Positions 38,379 to 47,941 are shown, counted from the stretch's first letter. The stretch: 64,000 bases of DNA from Candidatus Bathyarchaeota archaeon (GCA_043826455.1 JBDRQD010000015.1:32001-96000); one strand, 5' to 3'. Notes: generated by a model not told the origin, from the letters alone. Program-made: numbers and translations.

Positions 38379-40421
38379 ATGACTAAACCCAACCACAGCG
38401 ACGACCACGACCATGACCACAGCCACGGCGAAGGCTGCGGATGCGGCCACGACCACGAACACGAGAACGCTGCGTGCTCCACATGCACCGTCGACCCAAG
38501 CCCGGCTTGCACAGACTGCGAGTTAAGCCACGGGGACAGCTGCGCGGCCTGTGGCCACGAACACAAGCATGAGTGGGGCGGCTGGGACAAGCTCATCGCC
38601 TCTGGAGCTATAATCGCTGTAGGCATAGTTCTCAACCATCTGAACATCTACCAGCCAGCCCCCATGCTGATGCTAGTCGCGGCCATGGTGTACACCGGGT
38701 ACCCTCTGGCCGAGAGCGGCGTCAGGAGCCTTCTCAGGGGCAGCGTAGGAATCAACCTTCTGGTCTCGATGGCGGCCATCGGGGCCACCCTGATAGGCCA
38801 GTACGAGGAGGGGGCCCTGGTTGTGTTCCTGTTCAGTATATCCCTCAAACTTGAGGTTCTGGCCACCGACAGGGCCAGGCACGCTGTGCAGGCCCTCATG
38901 AAGCTCCGGCCAGAGGTGGCCACCATCAGAAGAGGGGAAGAGGAAGTGACTGTCCCCGTTGACCAGGTCATCCCGGGGGAAGTATTTCTCGTTCGGCCCG
39001 GGGACAGGGTGCCCCTGGACGGGGTCGTGGTGGACGGGGAGACGACTGTCGACCAGTCCGCCATCACCGGCGAGTCTGTTCCCGTGGAGAAACGGTTCAT
39101 GGACGAGGTCTACGCCGGGACCATCAACCTGGATGGGTACGTGGCGGCCAAGACCAAGAGGGCGGCCTCGGAGACCATGCTGGCCAGCATCCTGCGGATG
39201 GTGTCCGAGGCTGAGGAGAGGAGGAGTCCCACGGAGACCATCGTCAACAGGTTCGCACGGTACTACACGCCCCTCATCATCGGCCTGGCCGTCGTCGTGG
39301 CCGCGGTCCCTTACTTCTTCTATGGAAGACAGCTTTTTCCAAGCATCTACGGTGCCCTGGTCCTCCTGGTCATCGGCTGCCCATGCGCGCTCACCATCGC
39401 GACCCCCGTGGCCATGGTCTCAGCCATCACCAGCGCCAGCAGAAACGGGGTTCTGGTGAAGGGCAGCGCCTACATCGAGCAGGTGAGCAGGGCACGGGTC
39501 TTTGCCTTCGACAAGACGGGCACCCTGACGAAGGGCAGGCTGGCTGTCACGGACGTGATCCCCACAGGCGTCTCGAGGGAGACGCTTCTCAGCGTAGCCG
39601 CCGCCTTGGAGGAGAACAGTAAACACCCAATCGCGTACGCCATCAAGGAGCAGGCCCTCAAAGAAGGCGTGCCCACGCTGAGCGCGTCCGAGTTCAGGAG
39701 CCAGACTGGCAGGGGCGTGGAGGCGGTGATCGGCGGGGCCCTGTACAGGGTCGGCAGCCAGCGCCTGTTCTCCGAGAACGGCGTAGAGTACCCCGCTGAC
39801 ACCCTTCAAGAGCTCGAGGGAATGGGTAAGACCACCGTCATCGTGTCCAGGGACTCCGAGGTCATTGGCCTCATCAGCCTCATGGATGAGAGCCGCCACG
39901 GCGCCAAGGAGACCATCCAGGCTCTCAGGAAGCGGGGGATGAAGGTGGACATGCTCACCGGGGACAACGAGAACACGGCCCGGGCCATCGCCGAGCAGCT
40001 GGGCTTCAACGGGTACCACGCCGGCCTCCTCCCGGACGAGAAAGTGAAGGCCGTGGAGGGTCTCAAGGTTCACGGCCCAGTGGTCATGGTGGGGGACGGC
40101 GTGAACGACGCCCCGGCCCTCGCCGCTGCCGACGTGGGGGTGGCCATGGGCGGCCTGGGCAGCGACATAGCGTTGGAGACCGCGGACGTGGTGCTCCTGG
40201 AGGACGACCTGAGCCGCATAGAGTACCTGCTGAGGCTAGCATCCACCACTGTGTCCACGGTCCACCAGAACATAGCCGTCAGCGTCCTGGTGAAGCTGCT
40301 CATAGTGGCCCTGGCGGCCTTGGGCGCCATCACCCTCTGGATGGCCGTCATCCTGGGCGACGTTGGCCTGACCCTGCTGGTGATCCTCAACAGCGTGAGG
40401 ATAAGCGGCATCAAGCCCTAG
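38379..40421 (+). CDS. P1B-type heavy-metal ATPase (ZntA/CadA-like) with His/Cys-rich N-terminus
   Basis: TGES, CPC, DKTGT, HP, GDGVNDAP; TM Lys (VKL) and Asp (GDVG) typical of Zn/Cd/Pb exporters. Confidence 0.93.
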   Translation: MTKPNHSDDHDHDHSHGEGCGCGHDHEHENAACSTCTVDPSPACTDCELSHGDSCAACGHEHKHEWGGWDKLIASGAIIAVGIVLNHLNIYQPAPMLMLVAAMVYTGYPLAESGVRSLLRGSVGINLLVSMAAIGATLIGQYEEGALVVFLFSISLKLEVLATDRARHAVQALMKLRPEVATIRRGEEEVTVPVDQVIPGEVFLVRPGDRVPLDGVVVDGETTVDQSAITGESVPVEKRFMDEVYAGTINLDGYVAAKTKRAASETMLASILRMVSEAEERRSPTETIVNRFARYYTPLIIGLAVVVAAVPYFFYGRQLFPSIYGALVLLVIGCPCALTIATPVAMVSAITSASRNGVLVKGSAYIEQVSRARVFAFDKTGTLTKGRLAVTDVIPTGVSRETLLSVAAALEENSKHPIAYAIKEQALKEGVPTLSASEFRSQTGRGVEAVIGGALYRVGSQRLFSENGVEYPADTLQELEGMGKTTVIVSRDSEVIGLISLMDESRHGAKETIQALRKRGMKVDMLTGDNENTARAIAEQLGFNGYHAGLLPDEKVKAVEGLKVHGPVVMVGDGVNDAPALAAADVGVAMGGLGSDIALETADVVLLEDDLSRIEYLLRLASTTVSTVHQNIAVSVLVKLLIVALAALGAITLWMAVILGDVGLTLLVILNSVRISGIKP

Positions 40422-40477
40422 CATCAGGAAAGGATAAATCCCATGACCTTGGCTATGTGAATGCAGGCCGAGGAACC

Positions 40478-40864
40478 ATGGACGACGAGCTGGAAAGACT
40501 CAAACAGAAGCGGCTGGAGGAGCTGCAGCGTCAGATGCTCCTCAAACAGCTTAAGGAGCAGGAGCCCAAGCCCGAGCCAGTCAAGGAGCCGACGCCGGAA
40601 GAGCTCCTGGGGCGGTACTTCAAGGACAGGGCCTGGGAGGTGTGGAACGCGGCCAAGGCCCAGTACCCTAGCGTGATGCCTCAGGTGGAGAAGCTCCTGG
40701 TGGACGCCATCAAGCAGGGTAAGGTTAAGGACGTTATCGACGGGGCTAGCCTCATGGGGTTCTTCAGGCAGATAGGGGTACCCGTGCGCCTAGAGACCAG
40801 GATCAGGATCAGCGAGCACGGGGAGCTGAAGACCCTGGAGCAGAAGATGAAGGAAGAGGGCTAG
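40478..40864 (+). CDS. PDCD5-like dsDNA-binding protein (divergent)
   Basis: MDDELERLKQKRLEELQRQ N-terminus and helical body (KLLVDAIKQGKV...ID). Confidence 0.65.
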   Translation: MDDELERLKQKRLEELQRQMLLKQLKEQEPKPEPVKEPTPEELLGRYFKDRAWEVWNAAKAQYPSVMPQVEKLLVDAIKQGKVKDVIDGASLMGFFRQIGVPVRLETRIRISEHGELKTLEQKMKEEG

Positions 40865-41271
40865 CCCAGGGCCTCTTCCACGGCCTTCTCCAGCTCCTCC
40901 TTGCCGGGGTACTCCCCCATGAAAAGGATGTGGTTGTCCACGGCTATCACCGGGGCCGCTATGTTCATGAACTCCCCGTAGGTCTCCCCGTCCACCGTGG
41001 GCTCGTCGTTGCTCACCAGCAGCATGTTAAGGCGCTCGATGGTGTAGAGCACCGAGCTGGTGTCAACGAACTCCACCTGGAACCTGCGGCCCAGATTGAA
41101 GCCTATCTCCTCCAGCATGAAGGACAGGTCGTCCAGGCGCTCCCGCCTGGTCTCCTGGAACCCGCAACTGGAGGCGCAGCTGAAGCAGCTTGTGCAGCTG
41201 ACGCTGCAGCCGTCGCTGCAGCTGTCCGCGTTGATGGGCGGGAACACAGTGAACTTTACGGGGCGCTCCAT
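40861..41271 (-). CDS. Cys-rich thioredoxin-fold protein, ArsD-metallochaperone-like
   Basis: TVFPP...CSDGCSVSCTSCFSCASSCG; C-terminal PVIAVDNHILFMGEYPGKEEL resembles the ArsD C-terminus. Confidence 0.55.
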   Translation of the reverse strand: MERPVKFTVFPPINADSCSDGCSVSCTSCFSCASSCGFQETRRERLDDLSFMLEEIGFNLGRRFQVEFVDTSSVLYTIERLNMLLVSNDEPTVDGETYGEFMNIAAPVIAVDNHILFMGEYPGKEELEKAVEEALG

Positions 41272-41314
41272 ATCAGGTTCACTCGATGTATCGCGGCTAT
41301 TATAGGTTCTCCGG

Positions 41315-42340
41315 CTAGAGGACCAGCACCGCTGTGGCCTTGAAGCTTATGTAGACCTGCTTGCCGAGGTTGAGGCCCATCTCCGTGAAGCTGCTCCTGG
41401 TGATGTGGACCGCGAAGACCTGCCCCGCGTCCACTCGGATGACGACCGTGCCGTCGTGGTCCTCCACGCCCACCACGGTGCCCCTGAACTGGTTCCTGGC
41501 GCTTGTGCTGATCCTCTCCTCGGAGACGATGATGTCCTCGGGCTTCACGTGGACGGTGACCCTGCCGGTCCTCTCAGCGGCGACCCTGATCACGGTCTCC
41601 CCTACGGCCACCTGGGCCACTCCATCCATCATGGTGCTGGTCCCCGTGAACAGGTTCTCCGTCAGCCTGGTGATGGACACTATCTCAGTGGGGGCCCCCA
41701 CCTCGGTCACCCTGCCCCCGTCCATGTGTACGGTGCGGGTGGTGAGCCTCCTGATCAGGTCCAGGTCGTGGGTGGAGACCACCACGGTTCTCCCCTCGGC
41801 CTCCTCCTCGATGACGGCTGAGACCACCCTGGCGTTGACGGAGTCCAGGGTGCTTGTCGGCTCGTCTAGGAGCAGCACCTCAGGGTCCAGGACCAGCGCC
41901 CGGGCCAGGGCGACCCTCTGCTGCTCGCCGCCGGAAAGTTTACGGGCGTCACGGCCGCCGTAGCCGGGTAGCCGAACCCGGTCCAGGCACTCCTCCACCT
42001 TTTCCTTGATGATGTCGTCGGGGGTGCCCCTCAGCCTCAAACCATAAGCAATGTTCGTGTATACGTCTCCCTTCAGGAACAGGGGGGACTGGAAGATCAT
42101 GGTGGCTTTCCTCCTCAGCTCATACGAGCTGGAAGCCGATAGGGGCTCACCCCTGTAGAGCACGCTGCCGGATGTCGGCTCCTCCAAGCCCGCTAGAATC
42201 CTGAGAAGCGTTGTCTTACCGGCGCCGCTCTGGCCTATGACGCCTAGGCACTCGCCCTCCGCCACCTCCAGGCTAACGGAGTCGAGAGCCCTGATGGGGC
42301 CGAACACCTTGGAGACGTCCCTGAGGCTGTAGGCGCTCAC
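41315..42340 (-). CDS. tupC: Tungstate/molybdate ABC transporter ATPase with TOBE domains
   Basis: GQSGAGKT, LSGGEQQR, LLLDEPT, SARNQF TOBE. Confidence 0.88.
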   Translation of the reverse strand: MSAYSLRDVSKVFGPIRALDSVSLEVAEGECLGVIGQSGAGKTTLLRILAGLEEPTSGSVLYRGEPLSASSSYELRRKATMIFQSPLFLKGDVYTNIAYGLRLRGTPDDIIKEKVEECLDRVRLPGYGGRDARKLSGGEQQRVALARALVLDPEVLLLDEPTSTLDSVNARVVSAVIEEEAEGRTVVVSTHDLDLIRRLTTRTVHMDGGRVTEVGAPTEIVSITRLTENLFTGTSTMMDGVAQVAVGETVIRVAAERTGRVTVHVKPEDIIVSEERISTSARNQFRGTVVGVEDHDGTVVIRVDAGQVFAVHITRSSFTEMGLNLGKQVYISFKATAVLVL

Positions 42341-43035
42341 TGGGTGGCCCCCCTCAGGACATCTATCATATAGTTTAGGGCCAGCACCACGGCCAGGAGG
42401 ATGAAGCTGAGGGCGAAGCCGAGGCCCAGCTCACCCTTGGCCGTCTCTAGGGCGATGGCGGTCGTCAGCACCCTGGTGACGCCGCGTATGTTGGCGCCCA
42501 GCATGGTTACTATGCCGAGCTCGGCGAAGGCCCTGTTGAAGCTCGATACAAGCGCGAGGGATACGCCGCTGTACGCTTCCCTCACCACGGCCAGGCTGGT
42601 CTCCAGCTCCGATGCTCCCAGGGTTCTCGCCAGGTCCCTCAGCTCATGGCCCTTGCTCTCGATGGCGCTAACAGTGAAGCTCACCAGTATAGGTAAGATC
42701 AGTGCGGCCTGGCCTACAGCCATACCCTGAACAGTGTATAGCAGCTCCATGGAGCCCAGGGGCCCGCTGCGGCTGAAGAGGGTGAAGAGGAATAGGCCCA
42801 GGGTGACAGTGGGGACCCCCACCATGGCGTTGAACAGGAACTTCAGCGCCCGTCTACCGGGGAACTCCCCCATGGCTATGAGTATGCTGAGGGGGACGCC
42901 GATCAGAGACGCAATGAGGGTGGCGTAGCCCGCCGTCTGGAGGCTCCTCAGAGTGATCTCTATGACGGTTTTGTCCGCGGACAGGATCAGCCTGGCGGCC
43001 TCGGATACGCCTTCGAGTATCGGTGTCCAGCTCAT
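42337..43035 (-). CDS. tupB: Tungstate ABC transporter permease
   Basis: LFSRSGPLG, TLGAS, RAFAELG...GANIRG.TRVLTTAIALE. Confidence 0.88.
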   Translation of the reverse strand: MSWTPILEGVSEAARLILSADKTVIEITLRSLQTAGYATLIASLIGVPLSILIAMGEFPGRRALKFLFNAMVGVPTVTLGLFLFTLFSRSGPLGSMELLYTVQGMAVGQAALILPILVSFTVSAIESKGHELRDLARTLGASELETSLAVVREAYSGVSLALVSSFNRAFAELGIVTMLGANIRGVTRVLTTAIALETAKGELGLGFALSFILLAVVLALNYMIDVLRGATQ

Positions 43036-43067
43036 GAATTATCACAGTGAAAACAAGGTGAAAAGGT

Positions 43068-44084
43068 TTAACGGTACAGGATACCTGCCTGGTGCCTGTA
43101 CTGGGCGGGGCACTCGGAGCCGTCAAAGTAGGCCTGCTCCCCCACCCACCTGACGATGTCGCTGTCGGGGTTCTCCAGCTCGGGCACCCACGGCTTGAAC
43201 AGGGTCGCCCCGAACTCCTCCTCCCCGTAGGTCTCCAGCATTCTCTGGGTCTCGTCGCTCACCAGGAACTGGACGAACTTCATGGAGACCTCGAACATGC
43301 CCCTCGGGCTACTATCGGGGTTGCAGACGATGGCGCTGTACACGTTCAGTGTCTCCTCCCCGGAGTCCACCACCTTCACAAGCTGAATGTTGCCGTTCTT
43401 GTAGTTCTTCAGGTAGGTGGCCACGTCCGTCAGCGTGTAGGCTTCCTTCTCGTTGGCCAGTTGCAGCGTCGCCGTCATGCCTGCCCCGGCTTCTATGTAC
43501 CAGGTGCCGTCGGAGCCGCCCGCGGCCTCCAGCTTGATCTCGTCGAGGTTGAGCCCGGTCAACTTCCACAGGGCCTTCTCCTTGGTGTGGGTGCCCGAGT
43601 TGTCGCCCCGGGACACCCAGAGAGCGTTACCTGCGAGGCCCTCCTCCCTGATCTTGAGCATCGCCTCGACGGGCCCGAGGCCTCTTACTCCAGCCGGATC
43701 GTTTTCAGGGCCCACGACGATGAAGAAGTTGTATGCGAATATCTTCCTGTTGACCCCGGAGCCTGACTCCATGAAGGCCAGCTCCGAGGCCGGCGCGTGG
43801 ACTAGGATCATGTCGGCGTCTCCCCGCTTCGCCGTCTCGATGGCGAGGCCGGTGCCCTGGCTGATGAAGCTCACGTTGTACTCGGGGTTGTTGGCCTCGA
43901 AACGCGTCTTCAAGGCGTCCAGGACGCCCGTCTCGTATAGGCTTGTGGTGGTGGATACTATGATGCTCTCCTTCTCCTGGGGCCTTGTCAGGTTCCAGTA
44001 GAGGCCTCCGGCTATCACCATGATGAGAACCGCCGCGACCATCGCCACGTTTCTGTTGATCTTGAACCCTGCCAGGTTGGACAT
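43068..44084 (-). CDS. tupA: Tungstate ABC transporter substrate-binding protein
   Basis: TTTS motif (STTTSLYETG), GTG, VHAP, SRGDNSGTH. Confidence 0.9.
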   Translation of the reverse strand: MSNLAGFKINRNVAMVAAVLIMVIAGGLYWNLTRPQEKESIIVSTTTSLYETGVLDALKTRFEANNPEYNVSFISQGTGLAIETAKRGDADMILVHAPASELAFMESGSGVNRKIFAYNFFIVVGPENDPAGVRGLGPVEAMLKIREEGLAGNALWVSRGDNSGTHTKEKALWKLTGLNLDEIKLEAAGGSDGTWYIEAGAGMTATLQLANEKEAYTLTDVATYLKNYKNGNIQLVKVVDSGEETLNVYSAIVCNPDSSPRGMFEVSMKFVQFLVSDETQRMLETYGEEEFGATLFKPWVPELENPDSDIVRWVGEQAYFDGSECPAQYRHQAGILYR

Positions 44085-44201
44085 GGCTCAAATAAAGCCG
44101 AATTGTTTATTTAATCATATCGGCTTGTTGATCCCAGCGATTCGACACCGATATAACCGTCCATGCATAACAGTATCGATACAAAATAGGCGGAGCCCCC
44201 C

Positions 44202-45119
44202 ATGAGCCAGCTCACAGACCCCTACGACCGGCCCATCAACAGCCTCAGGATAAGCCTGACCCAGAGATGCAACTTCGACTGCTTCTTCTGCCACCGGGAG
44301 GGAGAGCACGACCCCCACGGGGAGATGACCGCCCAGGAGATAGAGACCATCGTGGAGGTGGCCGCCGGCCTCGGCATAAGGAAGGTGAAGCTCACGGGCG
44401 GCGAGCCCATGCTCCGCGGCGACTTGGTGGACATCGTGGCGAGGATCAAACCTCACCTGGACGAGGTGTCCATGACCACCAACGCTTCCCTTCTACTTGG
44501 AAAGGCCTGCGAGCTGAAGGAGGCCGGCCTGGACCGGGTCAACGTGAGCCTCCACACGCTGGACGGAGATGCCTTCAAGAAGATCACCGGAGTCAACCAA
44601 GGCTCTGAGGTGAGGGACGGGATCGAGGAGGCCGTCAGGTGCGGCCTTAACCCGGTGAAGCTCAACATGGTGGTCATGAGGGGGGTAAACGACTCCGAGG
44701 TACCTGCCATGATAGAGTACAGCAGGGACGCGGGCGCGGTCCTCCAGCTCATAGAGTTCCAGGAGCTTGAGCACGGGGCCGAGCACTACGACGCGCTGCA
44801 CCTCGACTTGGCGCCCCTGGCGAGGAGCCTGGAGCTGCAGGCCGTGAGGGTCGTGGAGCGGGAGATGCACCACAGGAAGGTGTACCACCTGAGGGGGGGC
44901 GCCCAGGTGGAGGTGGTCAAGCCCATGCATAACAGTGTCTTCTGCGCCTACTGCACTCGGCTCCGGGTGACCAGTGACGGCCGCCTGAAGGCATGTCTTA
45001 TGAGGGACGACAACCTTGTCCCCCTCGTGAGCCTCATAAGGGGAGGAGCGTCCCGTGAGCGCCTCGAGGAGGCCTTCAGAGAAGCGGTGGCCTTGAGGCA
45101 GCCCTTCTGGAGGGACTAA
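44202..45119 (+). CDS. moaA: GTP 3',8-cyclase (radical SAM)
   Basis: CNFDCFFC, TGGEP, FCAYCTRLR...C. Confidence 0.95.
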   Translation: MSQLTDPYDRPINSLRISLTQRCNFDCFFCHREGEHDPHGEMTAQEIETIVEVAAGLGIRKVKLTGGEPMLRGDLVDIVARIKPHLDEVSMTTNASLLLGKACELKEAGLDRVNVSLHTLDGDAFKKITGVNQGSEVRDGIEEAVRCGLNPVKLNMVVMRGVNDSEVPAMIEYSRDAGAVLQLIEFQELEHGAEHYDALHLDLAPLARSLELQAVRVVEREMHHRKVYHLRGGAQVEVVKPMHNSVFCAYCTRLRVTSDGRLKACLMRDDNLVPLVSLIRGGASRERLEEAFREAVALRQPFWRD

Positions 45120-45121
45120 GT

Positions 45122-45364
45122 GTGAGGATCAGGGTTAGGTACTACGCCAGCTTCAGGGACATGACAGGTAAAGTGGAGGAGTGGCTGGAAGTCCCTGAGG
45201 GCATCACTGTGCTTGGGATCAGGGATCACGTGAGGGGTCTATACGACAAGATCGCCGGGAAGGACCAGGTGCTTGTGGCCGTGAACGGCTCCTTCACGGC
45301 CCTGGACAGGGTTATAGCTGAGGGGGACGACGTGGCCTTCTTCCCCCCGGTGAGCGGTGGTTAA
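45122..45364 (+). CDS. moaD: Molybdopterin synthase sulfur carrier (MoaD/ThiS ubiquitin-like)
   Basis: C-terminal PPVSGG. Confidence 0.92.
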   Translation: MRIRVRYYASFRDMTGKVEEWLEVPEGITVLGIRDHVRGLYDKIAGKDQVLVAVNGSFTALDRVIAEGDDVAFFPPVSGG

Positions 45365-45782
45365 ATTGATCAGGGTTCAGGTGGAGGATTTCGACGTCGG
45401 GGCGCTCCTAGAGGCTGCCAAATGCCCCTCATCCGGGTGCGTGGTCAGCTTCGTGGGCACCGTCCGGGACACGTCCAAGGGGAGGGAGATAAGCCGCATG
45501 AGCATAGAGGTGTACGAGGACATGGCCCGGAGCCAGTTGGAGGCCATAAGGGCGGAGACCCTGGAGAAGTATGGGGTTGACCAGGTGGCGGTGATACACA
45601 GGTACGGGGACCTGGACGTGGGCGACAACATAGTCTACATCGGCGTGGCTGCGGGCCACCGGGAGGAGGGGTTCGCCGCGTGCCGCTACGTCATCGAGGA
45701 GCTGAAGAAGAGGGTGCCCCTATGGAAGAAGGAGTACACCCCGGACGGGGAGGTATGGGTGGAGGGAGACAGACATGAGTAG
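45357..45782 (+). CDS. moaE: Molybdopterin synthase catalytic subunit
   Basis: FVGTVR, HRYG.L, HR, LKKRVPLWKKE. Confidence 0.93.
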   Translation: MVKLIRVQVEDFDVGALLEAAKCPSSGCVVSFVGTVRDTSKGREISRMSIEVYEDMARSQLEAIRAETLEKYGVDQVAVIHRYGDLDVGDNIVYIGVAAGHREEGFAACRYVIEELKKRVPLWKKEYTPDGEVWVEGDRHE

Positions 45783-46224
45783 GGACCCTGTGAGGATGAT
45801 CGACGTCTCCGGCAAGGAGACGGTGCCCCGGAGGGCGACAGCAGTGGGCCGGCTAAGGCTCAGGGAGTCCACGGTGAAGGCCATCAAGGAGGGTAAGGTT
45901 AGGAAGGGTGACCCACTGACGGTGGCCGAGGTGGCGTCCATACTGGCGGTGAAGAAGACCCCCGAGCTGATACCCCTATGCCACCCGGTGCCGGTGGACT
46001 CCGTGGACACCCGGTTCACCCTGGGCCCAGACTACGTGGAGGCCGCGTGCACGGTGGCTGCCAACTACAGGACCGGTGTGGAGATGGAGGCCCTCACAGG
46101 GGTGGCTGTGGCGCTCCTCAACGTCTGGGACATGGTGAAGTACCTTGAGAAGGACGAGGCGGGCCAGTACCCGGACGCCGCCATAACGGAGATCAGGGTG
46201 ACGGAGAAGGTGAAGGGAAGATGA
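45775..46224 (+). CDS. moaC: Cyclic pyranopterin monophosphate synthase
   Basis: MIDVSGK, LIPLCHP, TGVEMEAL, WDMVK. Confidence 0.95.
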   Translation: MSRDPVRMIDVSGKETVPRRATAVGRLRLRESTVKAIKEGKVRKGDPLTVAEVASILAVKKTPELIPLCHPVPVDSVDTRFTLGPDYVEAACTVAANYRTGVEMEALTGVAVALLNVWDMVKYLEKDEAGQYPDAAITEIRVTEKVKGR

Positions 46225-46724
46225 ACGCGGGGCACCCCAGGAACCAGGCGGCCGAGACGGTGTTCGCGTTGCTGGTGACAAGCGACACCCGCACCAAGGA
46301 GCAAGACGAGACAGGCAAACTGGCCGTGCAGCTGATAGAGGCTGCAGGGCACAGAGTCCAGTTCTACGACGTAGCCCCCAACGACCTTGAGGAGATCGAG
46401 GAGTGGCTCAGGCGCGCCTTAAAGGAGCCCCAGGTCCGCGTGATCTTGACCAGCGGGGGCACAGGCATAGGCGTGAAGGACAAGACTATGGACGTGGCCC
46501 AGTCGCTGTTCGAGAAGCCCCTCCCCGGCTTCGGGGAGTACTTCAGGCGCATCAGCTTCGATGACGTGGGGCTGCCGGGGATATGGAGTCGGGCCGCGGC
46601 GGGGGTAGCTGCTGGCAAACTGGTATTCTGTCTGCCAGGGTCCAAGGGCGCAGTGTGGTCGGCCCTCAAGGAGATCATTCTGCCTGGTCTGGGCCACATG
46701 CTCTGGGAGCTGGACCGAAGATGA
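46221..46724 (+). CDS. moaB: Molybdopterin adenylyltransferase (MoaB/MogA)
   Basis: TSD, SGGTG, PGFGE, SRA.AG, LPGS. Confidence 0.9.
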   Translation: MNAGHPRNQAAETVFALLVTSDTRTKEQDETGKLAVQLIEAAGHRVQFYDVAPNDLEEIEEWLRRALKEPQVRVILTSGGTGIGVKDKTMDVAQSLFEKPLPGFGEYFRRISFDDVGLPGIWSRAAAGVAAGKLVFCLPGSKGAVWSALKEIILPGLGHMLWELDRR

Positions 46725-47941
46725 CTATGAAGCCTTTTGGTGAACTCACCACCAGGGAGAACGCGCTGAGGCTCATTGAGGCCAATGTGAGGCCCATCGA
46801 GCGCACCGAGAAGGTGCCCCTCGAGAAGGCATCGGGGAGGGTATTGGCTGTTGACATCGTAGCCGGTTTCGATGTGCCCCCCTTCGACAGGGCCAGCATG
46901 GACGGCTACTCTGTGCGGGCGGCCGACACCAAGGGGGTCTCGGAGGCGAAGCCCGTGAGGTTCAGGATCGTGGCCGTGCAGCACACCGGGGAACCATACA
47001 CGGGCGCCGTGGGGAGAGGCGAGTGCATCGAGATAGCCACGGGCAGCCCGGTGCCCGAGGGATGCGACGCCGTGGTGAAGGTGGAGGACACCTCGATGGC
47101 TGGGGGCACCGTGCTCATCCTCCGCGAGGTGGAGCCCGGCAAGGATGTGGCCCCCGCCGGTGAGGACATGAAGAAGGGGGACCTGGTCTTGGAGGCGGGC
47201 GCTGCTCTGACCCCCGGCATGGTGGGGGCCCTGGCCGCCCTTGGCTACGAGGCCGCGGAGGTCTACCAGAGGCCGAGAGTGGCGATATACAGCTCGGGGC
47301 CGGAGATCGTGCCCCAAGGGCAGCCGCTTAGGCCGGGGGAGATATACGACGTTAACAGTTTCACCCTCCAGGCCGTGGTGGAGGCCGTGGGCGGGGAGCC
47401 GGTGAAGAGGGGCATCGTGAGGGACGACGTGGAGTTCATCAAGGCGGCCATGCGAGACGCCTCGGGCTACGACGTGGGGGTGTTCAGCGGAGGCAGCAGC
47501 GTGGGCTCCAAGGACCTGTTCGGTGAGGTCATCGGTGGCCTCGGCGTGGTTCATTTCCACGGAGTTAAGGTGAAGCCGGGCAAGCCCACACTCTTCGGCG
47601 AAGTGGAGGGCACACCCATTTTCGGCATGCCGGGGTACCCCACCAGCTGCCTGAACAACAGCTACGTGTACCTGGCCCCGGCCATCAGGAGGATTGCCAG
47701 GCTTCCGCCCCTGGAGTTGAGGACGGTGACGGTGCCCATGGGCCACAGGCTGGCGTCCAGCTCGGACAGGGAGAGCTTCATAACGGTCCGGCTGGTGGGC
47801 GGCAGGGCCCACAAGGTGTTCAAGCAGAGCGGCGACATCACCAGCATGGCCCACGCAGACGGCTACATCATAGTGCCCGAGGGGGACCACGTCATAGAGG
47901 AGGGTGAGCACGTGGAGGTCACCCTCCTGCCGGGCCCCTGA
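46721..47941 (+). CDS. moeA: Molybdopterin molybdenumtransferase
   Basis: PPFDRASMDGY, IATG, SGGSSVG, KPGKP, PGYP. Confidence 0.95.
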   Translation: MTMKPFGELTTRENALRLIEANVRPIERTEKVPLEKASGRVLAVDIVAGFDVPPFDRASMDGYSVRAADTKGVSEAKPVRFRIVAVQHTGEPYTGAVGRGECIEIATGSPVPEGCDAVVKVEDTSMAGGTVLILREVEPGKDVAPAGEDMKKGDLVLEAGAALTPGMVGALAALGYEAAEVYQRPRVAIYSSGPEIVPQGQPLRPGEIYDVNSFTLQAVVEAVGGEPVKRGIVRDDVEFIKAAMRDASGYDVGVFSGGSSVGSKDLFGEVIGGLGVVHFHGVKVKPGKPTLFGEVEGTPIFGMPGYPTSCLNNSYVYLAPAIRRIARLPPLELRTVTVPMGHRLASSSDRESFITVRLVGGRAHKVFKQSGDITSMAHADGYIIVPEGDHVIEEGEHVEVTLLPGP

